A model generated the notes under the pieces. The model did not search any database. It saw only the letters and a list, made by a program, of their open reading frames with translations, and had not been told where the DNA came from. From assembly GCA_965220085.1 (NCBI GenBank), contig CBDCOZ010000003.1, positions 1,536,001 through 1,600,000 on the forward strand: a DNA stretch of 64,000 nucleotides, given 5' to 3'. The stretch is from Candidatus Oxydemutatoraceae bacterium. Its GTDB lineage: Bacteria > Pseudomonadota > Gammaproteobacteria > Poriferisulfidales > Oxydemutatoraceae. The position numbers and the translations under genes were made by a program. Positions 34,560-45,174 of the stretch are shown one piece after another (the stretch's first letter is position 1; each line of letters begins with the position of its first letter).

Positions 34560-35396
34560 TTATGACTTCCCTTTCGATCTGCGACGAACAATAAACCTGC
34601 TGGTTTGAAGGTTCTTCTTACGTGTTTTGTAACCCTTAGTTGGCATTCCCCAAGGTGAAACCGGATGGCGGCCTCCCGAGGTCTTCCCCTCACCACCGCC
34701 ATGGGGGTGGTCAACCGGATTCATTGCAACACCGCGAACAGTCGGACGAATACCCCGCCACCTTTTTGCTCCGGCTTTGCCGAGCTTAATCAGATTATGC
34801 TCGCTATTGCAGACCGTGCCGATTGTCGCACGACATCTGAGTAGAATTTTACGCACTTCGCCGGAGCGTAATCGTAAAGAAGCATACCCGCCTTCTTTAG
34901 CGATGTATTGTGCGCTACCGCCAGCAGAGCGGGCGATCTGCGCGCCTTTGCCGGGCTTCATCTCAATGCAATGGACGACCGTACCCACCGGAATATCGGA
35001 CAGTGGCATCGTATTACCTACTTTAATCGGTGCGCCCGGACCGGATATCAAGCGCGCGCCGAGCGCCAATTGATCCGGTGCAATAATGTAACGATATTCT
35101 CCGTCCGTATATAACACTAAAGCAATATTGGCACTACGGTTGGGATCATATTCAATACGTTTGACACGACATTCAATACCATCTTTGTTACGCAAGAAAT
35201 CAATATGCCGATATTTTCTCTTGTGGCCGGCGCCGATATGTCTGGTGGTGATACGACCTTTGTTATTGCGCCCGCCGGTTTTGCTCTTGCCTTCTGTCAG
35301 CGGCGCAAAAGGCTTGCCTTTATGCAAGCCGGCATGCTTGACGCTGACTTTGAAGCGCTGACCGGGTGATTGGGGTTTGCTCTTTACAACCGCCAT
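34560..35396 (-). CDS. rplB: 50S ribosomal protein L2
   Basis: [29 protein letters not shown]. Confidence 0.98.
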   Translation of the reverse strand: MAVVKSKPQSPGQRFKVSVKHAGLHKGKPFAPLTEGKSKTGGRNNKGRITTRHIGAGHKRKYRHIDFLRNKDGIECRVKRIEYDPNRSANIALVLYTDGEYRYIIAPDQLALGARLISGPGAPIKVGNTMPLSDIPVGTVVHCIEMKPGKGAQIARSAGGSAQYIAKEGGYASLRLRSGEVRKILLRCRATIGTVCNSEHNLIKLGKAGAKRWRGIRPTVRGVAMNPVDHPHGGGEGKTSGGRHPVSPWGMPTKGYKTRKKNLQTSRFIVRRRSKGKS

Positions 35397-35400
35397 GGCT

Positions 35401-35706
35401 CTAGTTTGATCCTGTCATCGTAATCGTGTTGCCTTCCTGCAATGTGACATAGGCTTTCTTCCAATCCTTGCGCCGTCCGACCGCGCGCCCCATCCCTTTG
35501 ACCTTGCCGCGCACACTGACGACATTGACCGCGCGCACCTTCACGTCGTAATACCTTTCTACCGCGATGCGGATCTGCTTCTTGCCGGCATTGCCGGCAA
35601 CCCGAAACACATACTGATTATCCTGCATCGCAGTGGTCGCCTTCTCGGATATATGCGGCGCGCGTAACACCGTGCGCAGGGTTTCTCCGGGCATAGGGAT
35701 TTTCAT
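35401..35706 (-). CDS. rplW: 50S ribosomal protein L23
   Basis: [15 protein letters not shown]. Confidence 0.95.
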   Translation of the reverse strand: MKIPMPGETLRTVLRAPHISEKATTAMQDNQYVFRVAGNAGKKQIRIAVERYYDVKVRAVNVVSVRGKVKGMGRAVGRRKDWKKAYVTLQEGNTITMTGSN

Positions 35707-36302
35707 GACAAACGCTCCTGAAGCTTTTCAACCGCCGCGCGTGTCATCAGCGCTTTTTCAAATAACAACAAACTCAGCGGATCAAGCAAGTCGGCTCTGG
35801 CGACCCCCACCGCAGGGAGGTTTCTGGCCGCCAAATAAATATTCAGATCGTCTTCTTCGATCACGATCAGGGCGGAACGCAATGACAACTCTTTGAGTTT
35901 TGCGGCCAGCAAGCGGGTCTTGGGCTGATCGATCCCGAGCGTGTCGATGACGCGCAGACCGCCGCGACGATTGAGCTCCGATATCAAGGAACAAAATGCC
36001 TGGCGGTACATCTTTTTGTTCAATCTGATTTCGCGCTTCGCCGGTGTCGCCGCAAAAGCGCGACCGCCGCCTCGCCACAACGGATTCCTGTTTGAGCCGA
36101 CCCGCGCATTGCCGGTGCCCTTCTGCCGCCAAGGCTTGCGCCCGCCGCCCGATACCATGCCGCGCTTCTTCTGGGCTTTGCTGCCGGTATGGGATTTGGC
36201 AAACGAATGATTCAACACTTGATGCACCAACGGCTCCTTATACGCCCGGTCAAACACCGCGGCGGATACTTCCATCGGCCCGGCGCTGGTCTCAATTTGC
36301 AT
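35703..36302 (-). CDS. rplD: 50S ribosomal protein L4
   Basis: GGGRKPWRQKGTGNAR, PLWRGGG. Confidence 0.96.
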   Translation of the reverse strand: MQIETSAGPMEVSAAVFDRAYKEPLVHQVLNHSFAKSHTGSKAQKKRGMVSGGGRKPWRQKGTGNARVGSNRNPLWRGGGRAFAATPAKREIRLNKKMYRQAFCSLISELNRRGGLRVIDTLGIDQPKTRLLAAKLKELSLRSALIVIEEDDLNIYLAARNLPAVGVARADLLDPLSLLLFEKALMTRAAVEKLQERLS

Positions 36303-37044
36303 CGCCCTGCCCCTCCTCAGCCGGCTTATCGCCCTGTTGCTCCGGCACAGCGTCGCCCCGCTCCTTGTTGTCCGCCGGCGGCGCAACTTGTTGCGCAAGG
36401 GCGCTCAGGTCAATATGTTGCATATGCTCTACCGCCACCCCCGACTGCGGAGCGCCGGGAACCGAACCTTTGATCATCAGCAAGGACTTTTCCTTATCCA
36501 CCGCCGCCACTTCCAAATTGATCAGCGTCGTCCGCTTGCCGCCCATGCGACCGGCCATCTTTTTGCCTTTGAAAACCTTGCCCGGCGTCTGACACTGGCC
36601 GGTAGAACCGGCGACGCGGTGAGAAAGCGAGTTGCCGTGAGAATTATCCTGCCCCCTGAAGTTATGGCGTTTAATCGTTCCGGCAAACCCTTTGCCTTTG
36701 TTGATGCCAATCACTTTTACTTTTTGCCCGGGCTCAAAAATCCCGACATCCAAAGTATCGCCGACCGCCTTCGCCTCGGCATCATCGACCCGAAACTCCC
36801 GCAGATGCGAGTAGCCTTTGTCCGTATCCATTTTCTTCAAGTGGCCGGCGGCGGCTTTGTTCAGACGCTTGGGATCGCATTCGCCCGCCGCTACTTGCAA
36901 CGCGGCATAGCCGTCGCTCGCAACCGTCTTGACCTGCGCGACGCGATTGACCGACGCTTGAATCACAGTAATCGGTATGGAGCGCCCGTCCTCCGTGAAG
37001 ATGCGACTCATACCGACTTTTTTTCCGAGTATTCCTATTGACAT
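36292..37044 (-). CDS. rplC: 50S ribosomal protein L3 (with C-terminal extension)
   Basis: GKKVGMSR, KGKGFAG.IKR, KGKKMAGRMG, KGSVPG. Confidence 0.97.
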   Translation of the reverse strand: MSIGILGKKVGMSRIFTEDGRSIPITVIQASVNRVAQVKTVASDGYAALQVAAGECDPKRLNKAAAGHLKKMDTDKGYSHLREFRVDDAEAKAVGDTLDVGIFEPGQKVKVIGINKGKGFAGTIKRHNFRGQDNSHGNSLSHRVAGSTGQCQTPGKVFKGKKMAGRMGGKRTTLINLEVAAVDKEKSLLMIKGSVPGAPQSGVAVEHMQHIDLSALAQQVAPPADNKERGDAVPEQQGDKPAEEGQGDAN

Positions 37045-37049
37045 CTTAC

Positions 37050-37358
37050 TTACTTCAGTTGCACATCTACCTCGGCGGGGAGATCCAATTTCATCAGCGC
37101 ATCGACCGTTTTCTCGGTCGGGTTCAGGATATCCATAATCCGCTTGTGCGTGCGAATCTCGTATTGATCGCGCGCGTCTTTGTCGACATGCGGCGATATC
37201 AAAACGGTAAAACGCTCTATCTTCGTCGGCAACGGGATAGGCCCGCGGATAGCCGCGCCCGAACGCTTTACCGTGGTTACGATCTCGCTTGCCGATTTAT
37301 CAAGGAGGCGATAATCAAAAGCTTTCAGTCGTATCCTTATCCTATCGCCCACATCCAC
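37050..37358 (-). CDS. rpsJ: 30S ribosomal protein S10
   Basis: [27 protein letters not shown]. Confidence 0.97.
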   Translation of the reverse strand: MDVGDRIRIRLKAFDYRLLDKSASEIVTTVKRSGAAIRGPIPLPTKIERFTVLISPHVDKDARDQYEIRTHKRIMDILNPTEKTVDALMKLDLPAEVDVQLK

Positions 37359-37381
37359 TTCTCTCTCCTCCGATTGCCCGC

Positions 37382-38572
<1,191 letters not shown>

Positions 38573-38586
38573 GATTATTTCCTCCT

Positions 38587-40689
38587 CTATGCGGCTGCTT
38601 TGTTCTTGATGACTTCATCGACGATATTCGCCGGCACCTCGTCATACTTTTTGAATTGCATCGTATACGTCGCCCGCCCTTGGGTGGCGGAGCGCAAATC
38701 CGTCGCATAACCGAACATCTGCTTGAGCGGCACCAGAGACGCAATCCGCTTGCCCGAAACGCCATCCTCCATAGACTCAATGATGCCGCGGCGGCGATTC
38801 AGATCGCCGACCACATCGCCCATGTATTGCTCCGGCGTGACGACCTCAACCTGCATGATCGGCTCCAGCAATACCGGCGCGGCCTTCGTCACCCCTTCCT
38901 TGACGCCCTGCGATGCGGCGACCTTGAACGCCATCTCGGAAGAATCGACATCGTGATAGGAACCGTCATACAAAGTGACCTTCACATCCACCAAGGGATA
39001 ACCGGCGAGAACGCCGTTCTGCAGCTGCTCGCGCGCGCCCTTATCCACCGCCGGAATATATTCTTTCGGCACCGACCCGCCGACGATCTCATTGGAGAAC
39101 TCATACTCGCTGCCGGGCTCAAGCGGTTCAATCCGCAGCCAGACATGGCCGTATTGCCCGCGCCCGCCGGTCTGGCGGACAAACTTGGATTCCTGCTCCA
39201 CCATCTTGCGAATCGTCTCCCGGTAAGCGACTTGCGGCGCGCCGACATTCGCCTCCACGCCGAATTCGCGCTTCATCCTGTCCACGATAATTTCCAGATG
39301 CAACTCGCCCATGCCGGAGATAATCGTCTGCCCGCTCTCCTCATCCACACTCATACGGAAAGACGGATCCTCTTGCGCCAACTTTTGCAAGGCCAAACTC
39401 ATCTTCTCCTGATCCGCCTTGGTCTTCGGCTCGACCGCGACCGAGATGACAGGCTCCGGAAAGACCATGCTCTCCAGTTTGACCGGGTTATCGGCGCTGC
39501 ACAAGGTGTCGCCGGTCACCACATTCTTGAGGCCCACCGCAGCGGCGATATCACCCGCGCACACCTCTTTTATTTCCTGACGGGAATTGGAATGCATCTG
39601 CAAAATCCGACCGATGCGCTCCTTCTTGCGGCGCACCGCATTCAGTATGCTGTCGCCCGATTTCAGCACGCCCGAATACACGCGGAAGAAGGTCAAGTTG
39701 CCGACAAAAGGATCGCTGGCGATCTTAAACGCCAGCGCCGCAAACGGCTCGTCATCGTCGGGCTTTCTCAGCGGCGCCTCTTCGCCTTCGTCGGCGACCC
39801 CCTCGACGGCGGGTATGTCGGCCGGCGACGGCAGGTACCGCACCACCGCATCCAGCAAGGCTTGCACCCCTTTGTTCTTGAACGCCGACCCGCACAGCAC
39901 CGGCACGATCTCATTGGCCAGCGTCCGTTGCCGGATACCTTGATAAATCTCTTCCTCGGTCAGCGCATCATCCTCCAGATATTTGTTCATCAATTCTTCG
40001 TTTGCTTCGGCGGCGGCCTCCAACAACTCGGCGCGATACTTCGCGCATTCCTGTTTCATATCGTCGGGAATCTCTTTCGCCTCATAGGTCGCCCCCATAT
40101 CGTTCTCATTCCAGATAATCGCTTGCTCTTTGACCAAGTCCACCACGCCTTCAAAGTTCTCTTCGGCGCCGATCGGGAGTTGCAACGGACACGCCACCGA
40201 ACCCAAGCGTTCGCGAATCTGCCCGACCACATGAAGAAAATCGGCGCCGGCGCGATCCATCTTATTGACGAACGCGATTCTCGGCACCCGATAGGTCTCG
40301 GCCTGACGCCACACCGTCTCCGACTGCGGCTCCACGCCGCCGACCGCGCAAAACACGCCGACCGCGCCGTCCAACACCCGCAACGAGCGTTCCACCTCAA
40401 TCGTGAAGTCAACATGCCCGGGCGTGTCGATGATATTGATCCGATATTCCGGAAACTGCTGGTCCATCCCCTTCCAGAAACAGGTCGTCGCCGCCGAGGT
40501 GATGGTAATCCCCCGCTCCTGCTCCTGTTCCATCCAATCCATCACCGCGGCGCCGTCGTGCACCTCGCCGATCTTATGGGAGATACCGGTGTAGAAAAGC
40601 ACCCGTTCGGTCGTCGTCGTCTTGCCCGCATCGATGTGCGCCATGATGCCGATGTTGCGATATTTATCCAGCGAAACAGAGCGTGCCAT
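38587..40689 (-). CDS. fusA: Elongation factor G
   Basis: [30 protein letters not shown]. Confidence 0.99.
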   Translation of the reverse strand: MARSVSLDKYRNIGIMAHIDAGKTTTTERVLFYTGISHKIGEVHDGAAVMDWMEQEQERGITITSAATTCFWKGMDQQFPEYRINIIDTPGHVDFTIEVERSLRVLDGAVGVFCAVGGVEPQSETVWRQAETYRVPRIAFVNKMDRAGADFLHVVGQIRERLGSVACPLQLPIGAEENFEGVVDLVKEQAIIWNENDMGATYEAKEIPDDMKQECAKYRAELLEAAAEANEELMNKYLEDDALTEEEIYQGIRQRTLANEIVPVLCGSAFKNKGVQALLDAVVRYLPSPADIPAVEGVADEGEEAPLRKPDDDEPFAALAFKIASDPFVGNLTFFRVYSGVLKSGDSILNAVRRKKERIGRILQMHSNSRQEIKEVCAGDIAAAVGLKNVVTGDTLCSADNPVKLESMVFPEPVISVAVEPKTKADQEKMSLALQKLAQEDPSFRMSVDEESGQTIISGMGELHLEIIVDRMKREFGVEANVGAPQVAYRETIRKMVEQESKFVRQTGGRGQYGHVWLRIEPLEPGSEYEFSNEIVGGSVPKEYIPAVDKGAREQLQNGVLAGYPLVDVKVTLYDGSYHDVDSSEMAFKVAASQGVKEGVTKAAPVLLEPIMQVEVVTPEQYMGDVVGDLNRRRGIIESMEDGVSGKRIASLVPLKQMFGYATDLRSATQGRATYTMQFKKYDEVPANIVDEVIKNKAAA

Positions 40690-40694
40690 TTTAA

Positions 40695-41168
<474 letters not shown>

Positions 41169-41173
41169 TTACC

Positions 41174-41548
41174 TCAGCCCTTGGCCCGTTTGGCGCCGTA
41201 CTTTGAACGGCCTTGGGTGCGATTCTCAACCCCTTGCGTATCCAGGCTGCCGCGCACGATGTGATAGCGCACACCCGGCAAATCCTTGACCCGTCCGCCG
41301 CGGATCAAAACCACCGAGTGTTCTTGCAGGTTGTGGCCTTCGCCGCCGATATACGTCGTGACTTCGTAGTCGTTGGTCAGGCGGACGCGCGCGACTTTGC
41401 GCAACGCCGAGTTGGGTTTCTTCGGGGTGGTTGTGTACACACGAGTGCACACGCCTCTTTTTTGAGGACATCGTTCAAGCGCGGTAACATTGCTTTTTGC
41501 AATCTTGCGCTTACGCGATTTGCGTACCAATTGATTGATAGTAGACAT
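41174..41548 (-). CDS. rpsL: 30S ribosomal protein S12
   Basis: [25 protein letters not shown]. Confidence 0.99.
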   Translation of the reverse strand: MSTINQLVRKSRKRKIAKSNVTALERCPQKRGVCTRVYTTTPKKPNSALRKVARVRLTNDYEVTTYIGGEGHNLQEHSVVLIRGGRVKDLPGVRYHIVRGSLDTQGVENRTQGRSKYGAKRAKG

Positions 41549-41620
41549 AAATTTTTAATATCTTGCTGCAAAATATCAGCCCGCCATTCGTAATACCTGC
41601 GAACAGGAAACTTTGGCCTA

Positions 41621-41656
41621 GCCGCGCATTATAATTGGGAATCGAAACTAAGTAAA
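41621..41656 (-). promoter_or_regulatory. Sigma70 promoter of the str operon with GC-rich discriminator
   Basis: Minus strand TTTACT-N17-TATAAT-GCGCGGC about 80 bp upstream of rpsL. Confidence 0.65.
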
Positions 41657-41687
41657 GCGGAAAAAAGAGAATTCTTGCCGGATTCCG

Positions 41688-41717
41688 CCGGCAACGGAAA
41701 TTGTTGTGAAAATGGCG
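41688..41717. repeat. Left copy of ~30-bp imperfect inverted repeat (partner 44259-44287)
   Basis: CCGGCAACGGAAATTGTTGTGAAAATGGCG vs reverse complement of partner CCGACAGCGGAAATTGTTGT-AAAACGGCG: 3 substitutions + 1 indel. Confidence 0.7.
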
Positions 41718-41967
41718 CGGTTCAATCGCAATTTTCCCGCATCGTCATAGAGATAGGGGCAACAATACCGCCCTTTGCGGGCGGCGACACTATATATATG
41801 GCGGCCATGACCCCCCCTATCACGCCACTTTCCCGCCCGCGCCAAGATTTCCGAAGGACAAGATTATGGGGGGCCTTCCGCAAAAGAACGCTATCGTGCG
41901 GTCTCGCAATCTTACAAGGTGATGTTTGAGAACCTTCTCTCCCGCGAGGAGCGCCGGTCAGCGGATG

Positions 41968-42454
41968 TTATCGTAGCGGGCCTGCGAGAAGGAGTGTCGT
42001 GCGAGTGCTGCGGCTTGCTCGCGCTATCGCAGCGGGCCTGCGAGAAGGGGCGTGTCGTGCGAGTGCTGCGGCTTGCTTGCGCTATCGCAGTCGGCATTCA
42101 AGAAGGGGTGTGTCGTGCGAGCGCCGAGGATGGCTCGCGCTATCGCAGTCGGCATTCAAGGAGGGCGTGTCGTGCAAGCCACCGAGGCTTGCTTGCGTTA
42201 TCGCAGTCGGCCTTCAAGAGGGAGTGTGTCGTGCGAGTGCTGCGGCTTGCTTGCGTTATCGCAGTCGGCCTTCAAGAGGGAGTGTGTCGTGCGAGTGCTG
42301 CGGCTTGCTTGCGCTATCGCAGTCGGCATTCAAGAAGGGGTGTGTCGTGCGAGTGCTGCAGCTTGCTTGCGCTATCGCAGTCGGCATTCAAGAAGGGGTG
42401 TGTCGTGCGAGTGCTGCGGCTTGCTCGCGCTATCGCAGCGGGCCTTCCAAGAAG
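41968..42454. repeat. Tandem array: 8 units of 58 bp (first 56 bp) plus the gene 3' end as a partial ninth unit
   Basis: Unit starts 41968, 42024, 42082, 42140, 42198, 42256, 42314, 42372, 42430; consensus CTATCGCAGTCGGCATTCAAGAAGGGGTGTGTCGTGCGAGTGCTGCGGCTTGCTTGCG. Confidence 0.97.
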
Positions 42455-43958
42455 AGGCGCAGGCGCAAGCGTATATCAACCCCCAGGTTGATGGTCATCG
42501 TATAGGTGTCTGCGCTGTCTGCGACGCCATCGTGCACTGTGAAGGTGAAACTGGCGAAGTCGGAGGCGGCGCGAGCGCCCATCGGGGGATACCAGGTGAA
42601 AGTGCCATTGTCCAGATTGGCAACGGTCACCGAGGCGTCGTCGGTCACTGCGGTACCGCCGATGCGCAACGTGCCCGTGCCGACTGCTATGGTCTCAACG
42701 ATGGTGATGGCGACCAGGGCGGCGTTGTTATCCTCATCCATGAACGGGAAGTCGGAGACCTTGAAGACGAAGGGCGCGGCTAAGGTTGTGGTTGTGGGCA
42801 CCTTCACCGAATTGTCGGCGCTGGTAGGGGCATCGTTGACATTGCGGATGATGTTGCCTGTGGTGCAGCGTCGCTCGCTGTTGGGCGGCGTGAAGTTGTC
42901 CTCAAAGGATACGCACACCCGCACAAACTTGTCGACATGCGCCTGCAACGGCGTGAAAGTGGCGGCGGTGGCCCCGTCAATATCGGCGTAGTTGGCGTCT
43001 GTCAGGGGCGCGTCATTGCCCGGAGGATCAGCCTGTTGCCATTGCCAGGCGATGGTGGAGCGGTTAATACCGCTATTGGCATCTGCGATAGTGCCGGTGG
43101 TGGCGGTCAGGGTCACATCCTCGTTCCAGGGCGGCGCTGTCACATCGGGCAGACCGATGGCCTCCACCTGCGCCGTCGGCAACACCAGGTTTATGGTGAT
43201 GGTGGCCATGTTGCTCCGGGAGAGGGTGGGTGAAAATACGCTGAAAGTAAAGCTGGCATAGCCCTCAGCAGGTGCCGTTGCATCTTCGGGCAACCTGTAC
43301 ACTGGGCCGTTAATTCCTCCGAAGTCAGGGAGTAGTGCATTATTACCCTCCCCCCAGATAAGCCCAGCGGCACTATGAATAGAACCAGCGCAGTAGCAGG
43401 TTGGGTTTCTATTACTACACCTCCAATGTCATCGTCATCTTCGTCAAAGAAGGTGAAGTCATCTGACGAGAAGGCATAGCTCGCGGTACCCAGTGGAATC
43501 TCAATAGTGTTGTCCTGGGCAACAGGCAAATCATCCACATTCACCACGGCGGCGACGGAGGACCAGCATCGGGTCTCGCTGTTGCTGGCGTCATCCTCAA
43601 AGGTCGCACAGGCGCGGATGAACTTGCCGACATGGACCTGCAATGGGGTGAACATGGCCTCGGTCGACGTGGTGTTGGTTATATCAATGTAGGCGCTTTC
43701 CGTCGGTGTGCCGCTTACCGGGGCATCGGCTTGTGACCACTGCCAAGTCGGCGTGAACACGGTGAGGCCATCGGCGGTATCGCCTATCGTGCCTTGGGCT
43801 GCGGTCAGTGCGTTGTCCTCGTTGGGTCCCGTCGTAGTCAGATTGGTGCCGTCGGCTGCCGTCACCGCCGGTTCGCCGGTGGCGTTCTGCGCCTGCGCTT
43901 GAGCGCAAACAACAAACAGCGCCGGCAACAGAAGCGAGCAGAGGCTGCGCCGTATCAT
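42430..43958 (-). pseudogene. Secreted Ig-like/cadherin-like repeat protein (~509 aa if repaired), split by one frameshift near 43350-43395; ends DIRLRLRLFLEGPLR
   Basis: GGGAG RBS + signal peptide MIRRSLCSLLLPALFVVCAQAQA; two (X-Y) domain pairs across ORFs 43191..44105 and 42430..43302: X = LTA..GTI.D...WQW.QAD...FTPLQ.HV.KF.R.C..FED; Y = N..D.P...DN...F...DF.F.DED...ASFTF.V. Confidence 0.8.
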
Positions 43959-44258
43959 CGTTGCTCCCCGCCGCGCGGGGGCGGTATCGTAAGTTTTGCA
44001 GTTCATGCTCTTGCTTTGATCAGGGCGAGCAACATCAGCGACCACAGACTCCCGCGGATTCGTGTTGCCTGCCGTTGCGCGGGAGTCATATCGAAAATTT
44101 GACAAATCATATCTACGGTTTTAATAACGACATGTTTCATGCATGCACGATTAGTGCCCTACTATACCATAAAACGCGCGTCACCCGCCAATGCCGTTGT
44201 ATCTTGCCGCATCCCTGTGCGCCCTGACATTCCCTTCTCCCCGCCGGATATTTGCAAT

Positions 44259-44287
44259 CGCCGTTTTACAACAATTTCCGCTGTCGG
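44259..44287. repeat. Right copy of ~30-bp imperfect inverted repeat (partner 41688-41717)
   Basis: CGCCGTTTTACAACAATTTCCGCTGTCGG; its GCCGTTTTACAAC core recurs at 47711-47723. Confidence 0.7.
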
Positions 44288-44341
44288 GCGGGCGGAGTCG
44301 CGTACGCAAGCCCCCTATGCCGATTACGCTTGATGCCTGTT

Positions 44342-44664
44342 TGATGCCATGCCATATCGACACCTGCGGCAAATATTGTGCCCTGTCCTGAGTACTTGAA
44401 GCCTCGGCCCGCAATATACTTCCGGCAACCCGGAACATTTCCGGCATGACTCACCTTTGATACCAAGACACATCGGACGCCGGCGCCACACATTGTGCGT
44501 CGTGGGTGTGTGATGCTTCGGCCCGCAACAAACCCTCTTCAAATCCCAAACTCTTCCCGAAGCGTACGGCGAAAGCGCTCATTGAATGCGCATGATGCCA
44601 TGCCATATCGACACCTGCGGCAAATATTGTGCCCTGTCCTGAGTACTTGAAGCCTCGGCCCGCA
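44342..44664. repeat. Perfect 72-bp direct repeat (44342-44413 and 44593-44664), 179 bp apart
   Basis: TGATGCCATGCCATATCGACACCTGCGGCAAATATTGTGCCCTGTCCTGAGTACTTGAAGCCTCGGCCCGCA read at both positions. Confidence 0.95.
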
Positions 44665-44693
44665 GCGCGCTCCCTTTTATAGCGTGTTGCTCC

Positions 44694-44792
44694 CATCATC
44701 TCAGAGCTTCAAGGTTTGGCGACATCCGCCCTCGTCCGGAATCTTCCACATTGGCCAGTTCATCGTCTCAGGGCTTCAAGTTGGCGACCATC
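44694..44792. repeat. Imperfect ~32-bp direct repeat, period 67 bp
   Basis: CATCATCTCAGAGCTTCAAGGTTTGGCGACATC (44694) vs CATCGTCTCAGGGCTTCAAGTTGGCGACCATC (44761). Confidence 0.8.
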
Positions 44793-45001
44793 GTTGCCTC
44801 CTGTACGCCGGAAGCGGCTATTCTACAGGCTTTTGCGGCCGTAGAATGTGTCGATATTGCGGCAACCCGTGTCAAAGCGGCAATCCGCAATGCTTCCGGC
44901 GCCAGCGCTTGGGAGCCCGCAGCGCCGCAAACAAATGCGCTGGTTGCGGGGCGAATATCTCGCACAGCGGCAGGCGCGGGCTTCGTGCGCGCCGCCATCG
45001 T

Positions 45002-45090
45002 TCCAATATCTGGTATACTGCGCTATCGGGGTGAGCAACTTGCTCCTTTAGCTCGCCCCGTCCGCCGCCGCTCCAATATCTGGTATACTG
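45002..45090 (+). promoter_or_regulatory. Duplicated 19-bp element containing an extended -10 (TGgTATACT), flanking a hairpin
   Basis: TCCAATATCTGGTATACTG at 45002-45020 and 45072-45090; CGGGGTGAGC/GCTCGCCCCG stem between them; upstream of the 45175 gene. Confidence 0.55.
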
Positions 45091-45174
45091 GCATCATTCC
45101 GATTAGCCCGATGAAAGAGTCGCCCGCACACAACGCCGATGCCGTCACATCTCAGTTTGCATAAGTATTTCCGC

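Noticed and set aside
41300-41430. Streptomycin-resistance alleles in rpsL
   Set aside because: PKKPNSA and RVKDLPG motifs are wild type.
41968-42454. CRISPR array
   Set aside because: No unique spacers (whole 58-bp units are alike), no cas genes, and the repeat derives from a coding 3' end.
41968-42454. Integron attC (59-base element) cluster
   Set aside because: Size and post-stop position are suggestive, but RYYYAAC/GTTRRRY ends are missing, no cassette ORFs lie between units and there is no intI in the window.
41919-42783. Plus-strand Cys/Arg-rich ORFs (190, 168, 243 aa) across the array
   Set aside because: By-product of a stop-free 58-bp repeat cycling through three frames; no RBS or domain signal.
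44139-45164. Short ORFs in the island's central intergenic region
   Set aside because: Overlapping, no convincing RBS or motifs, and they run through DNA repeats; treated as non-coding.
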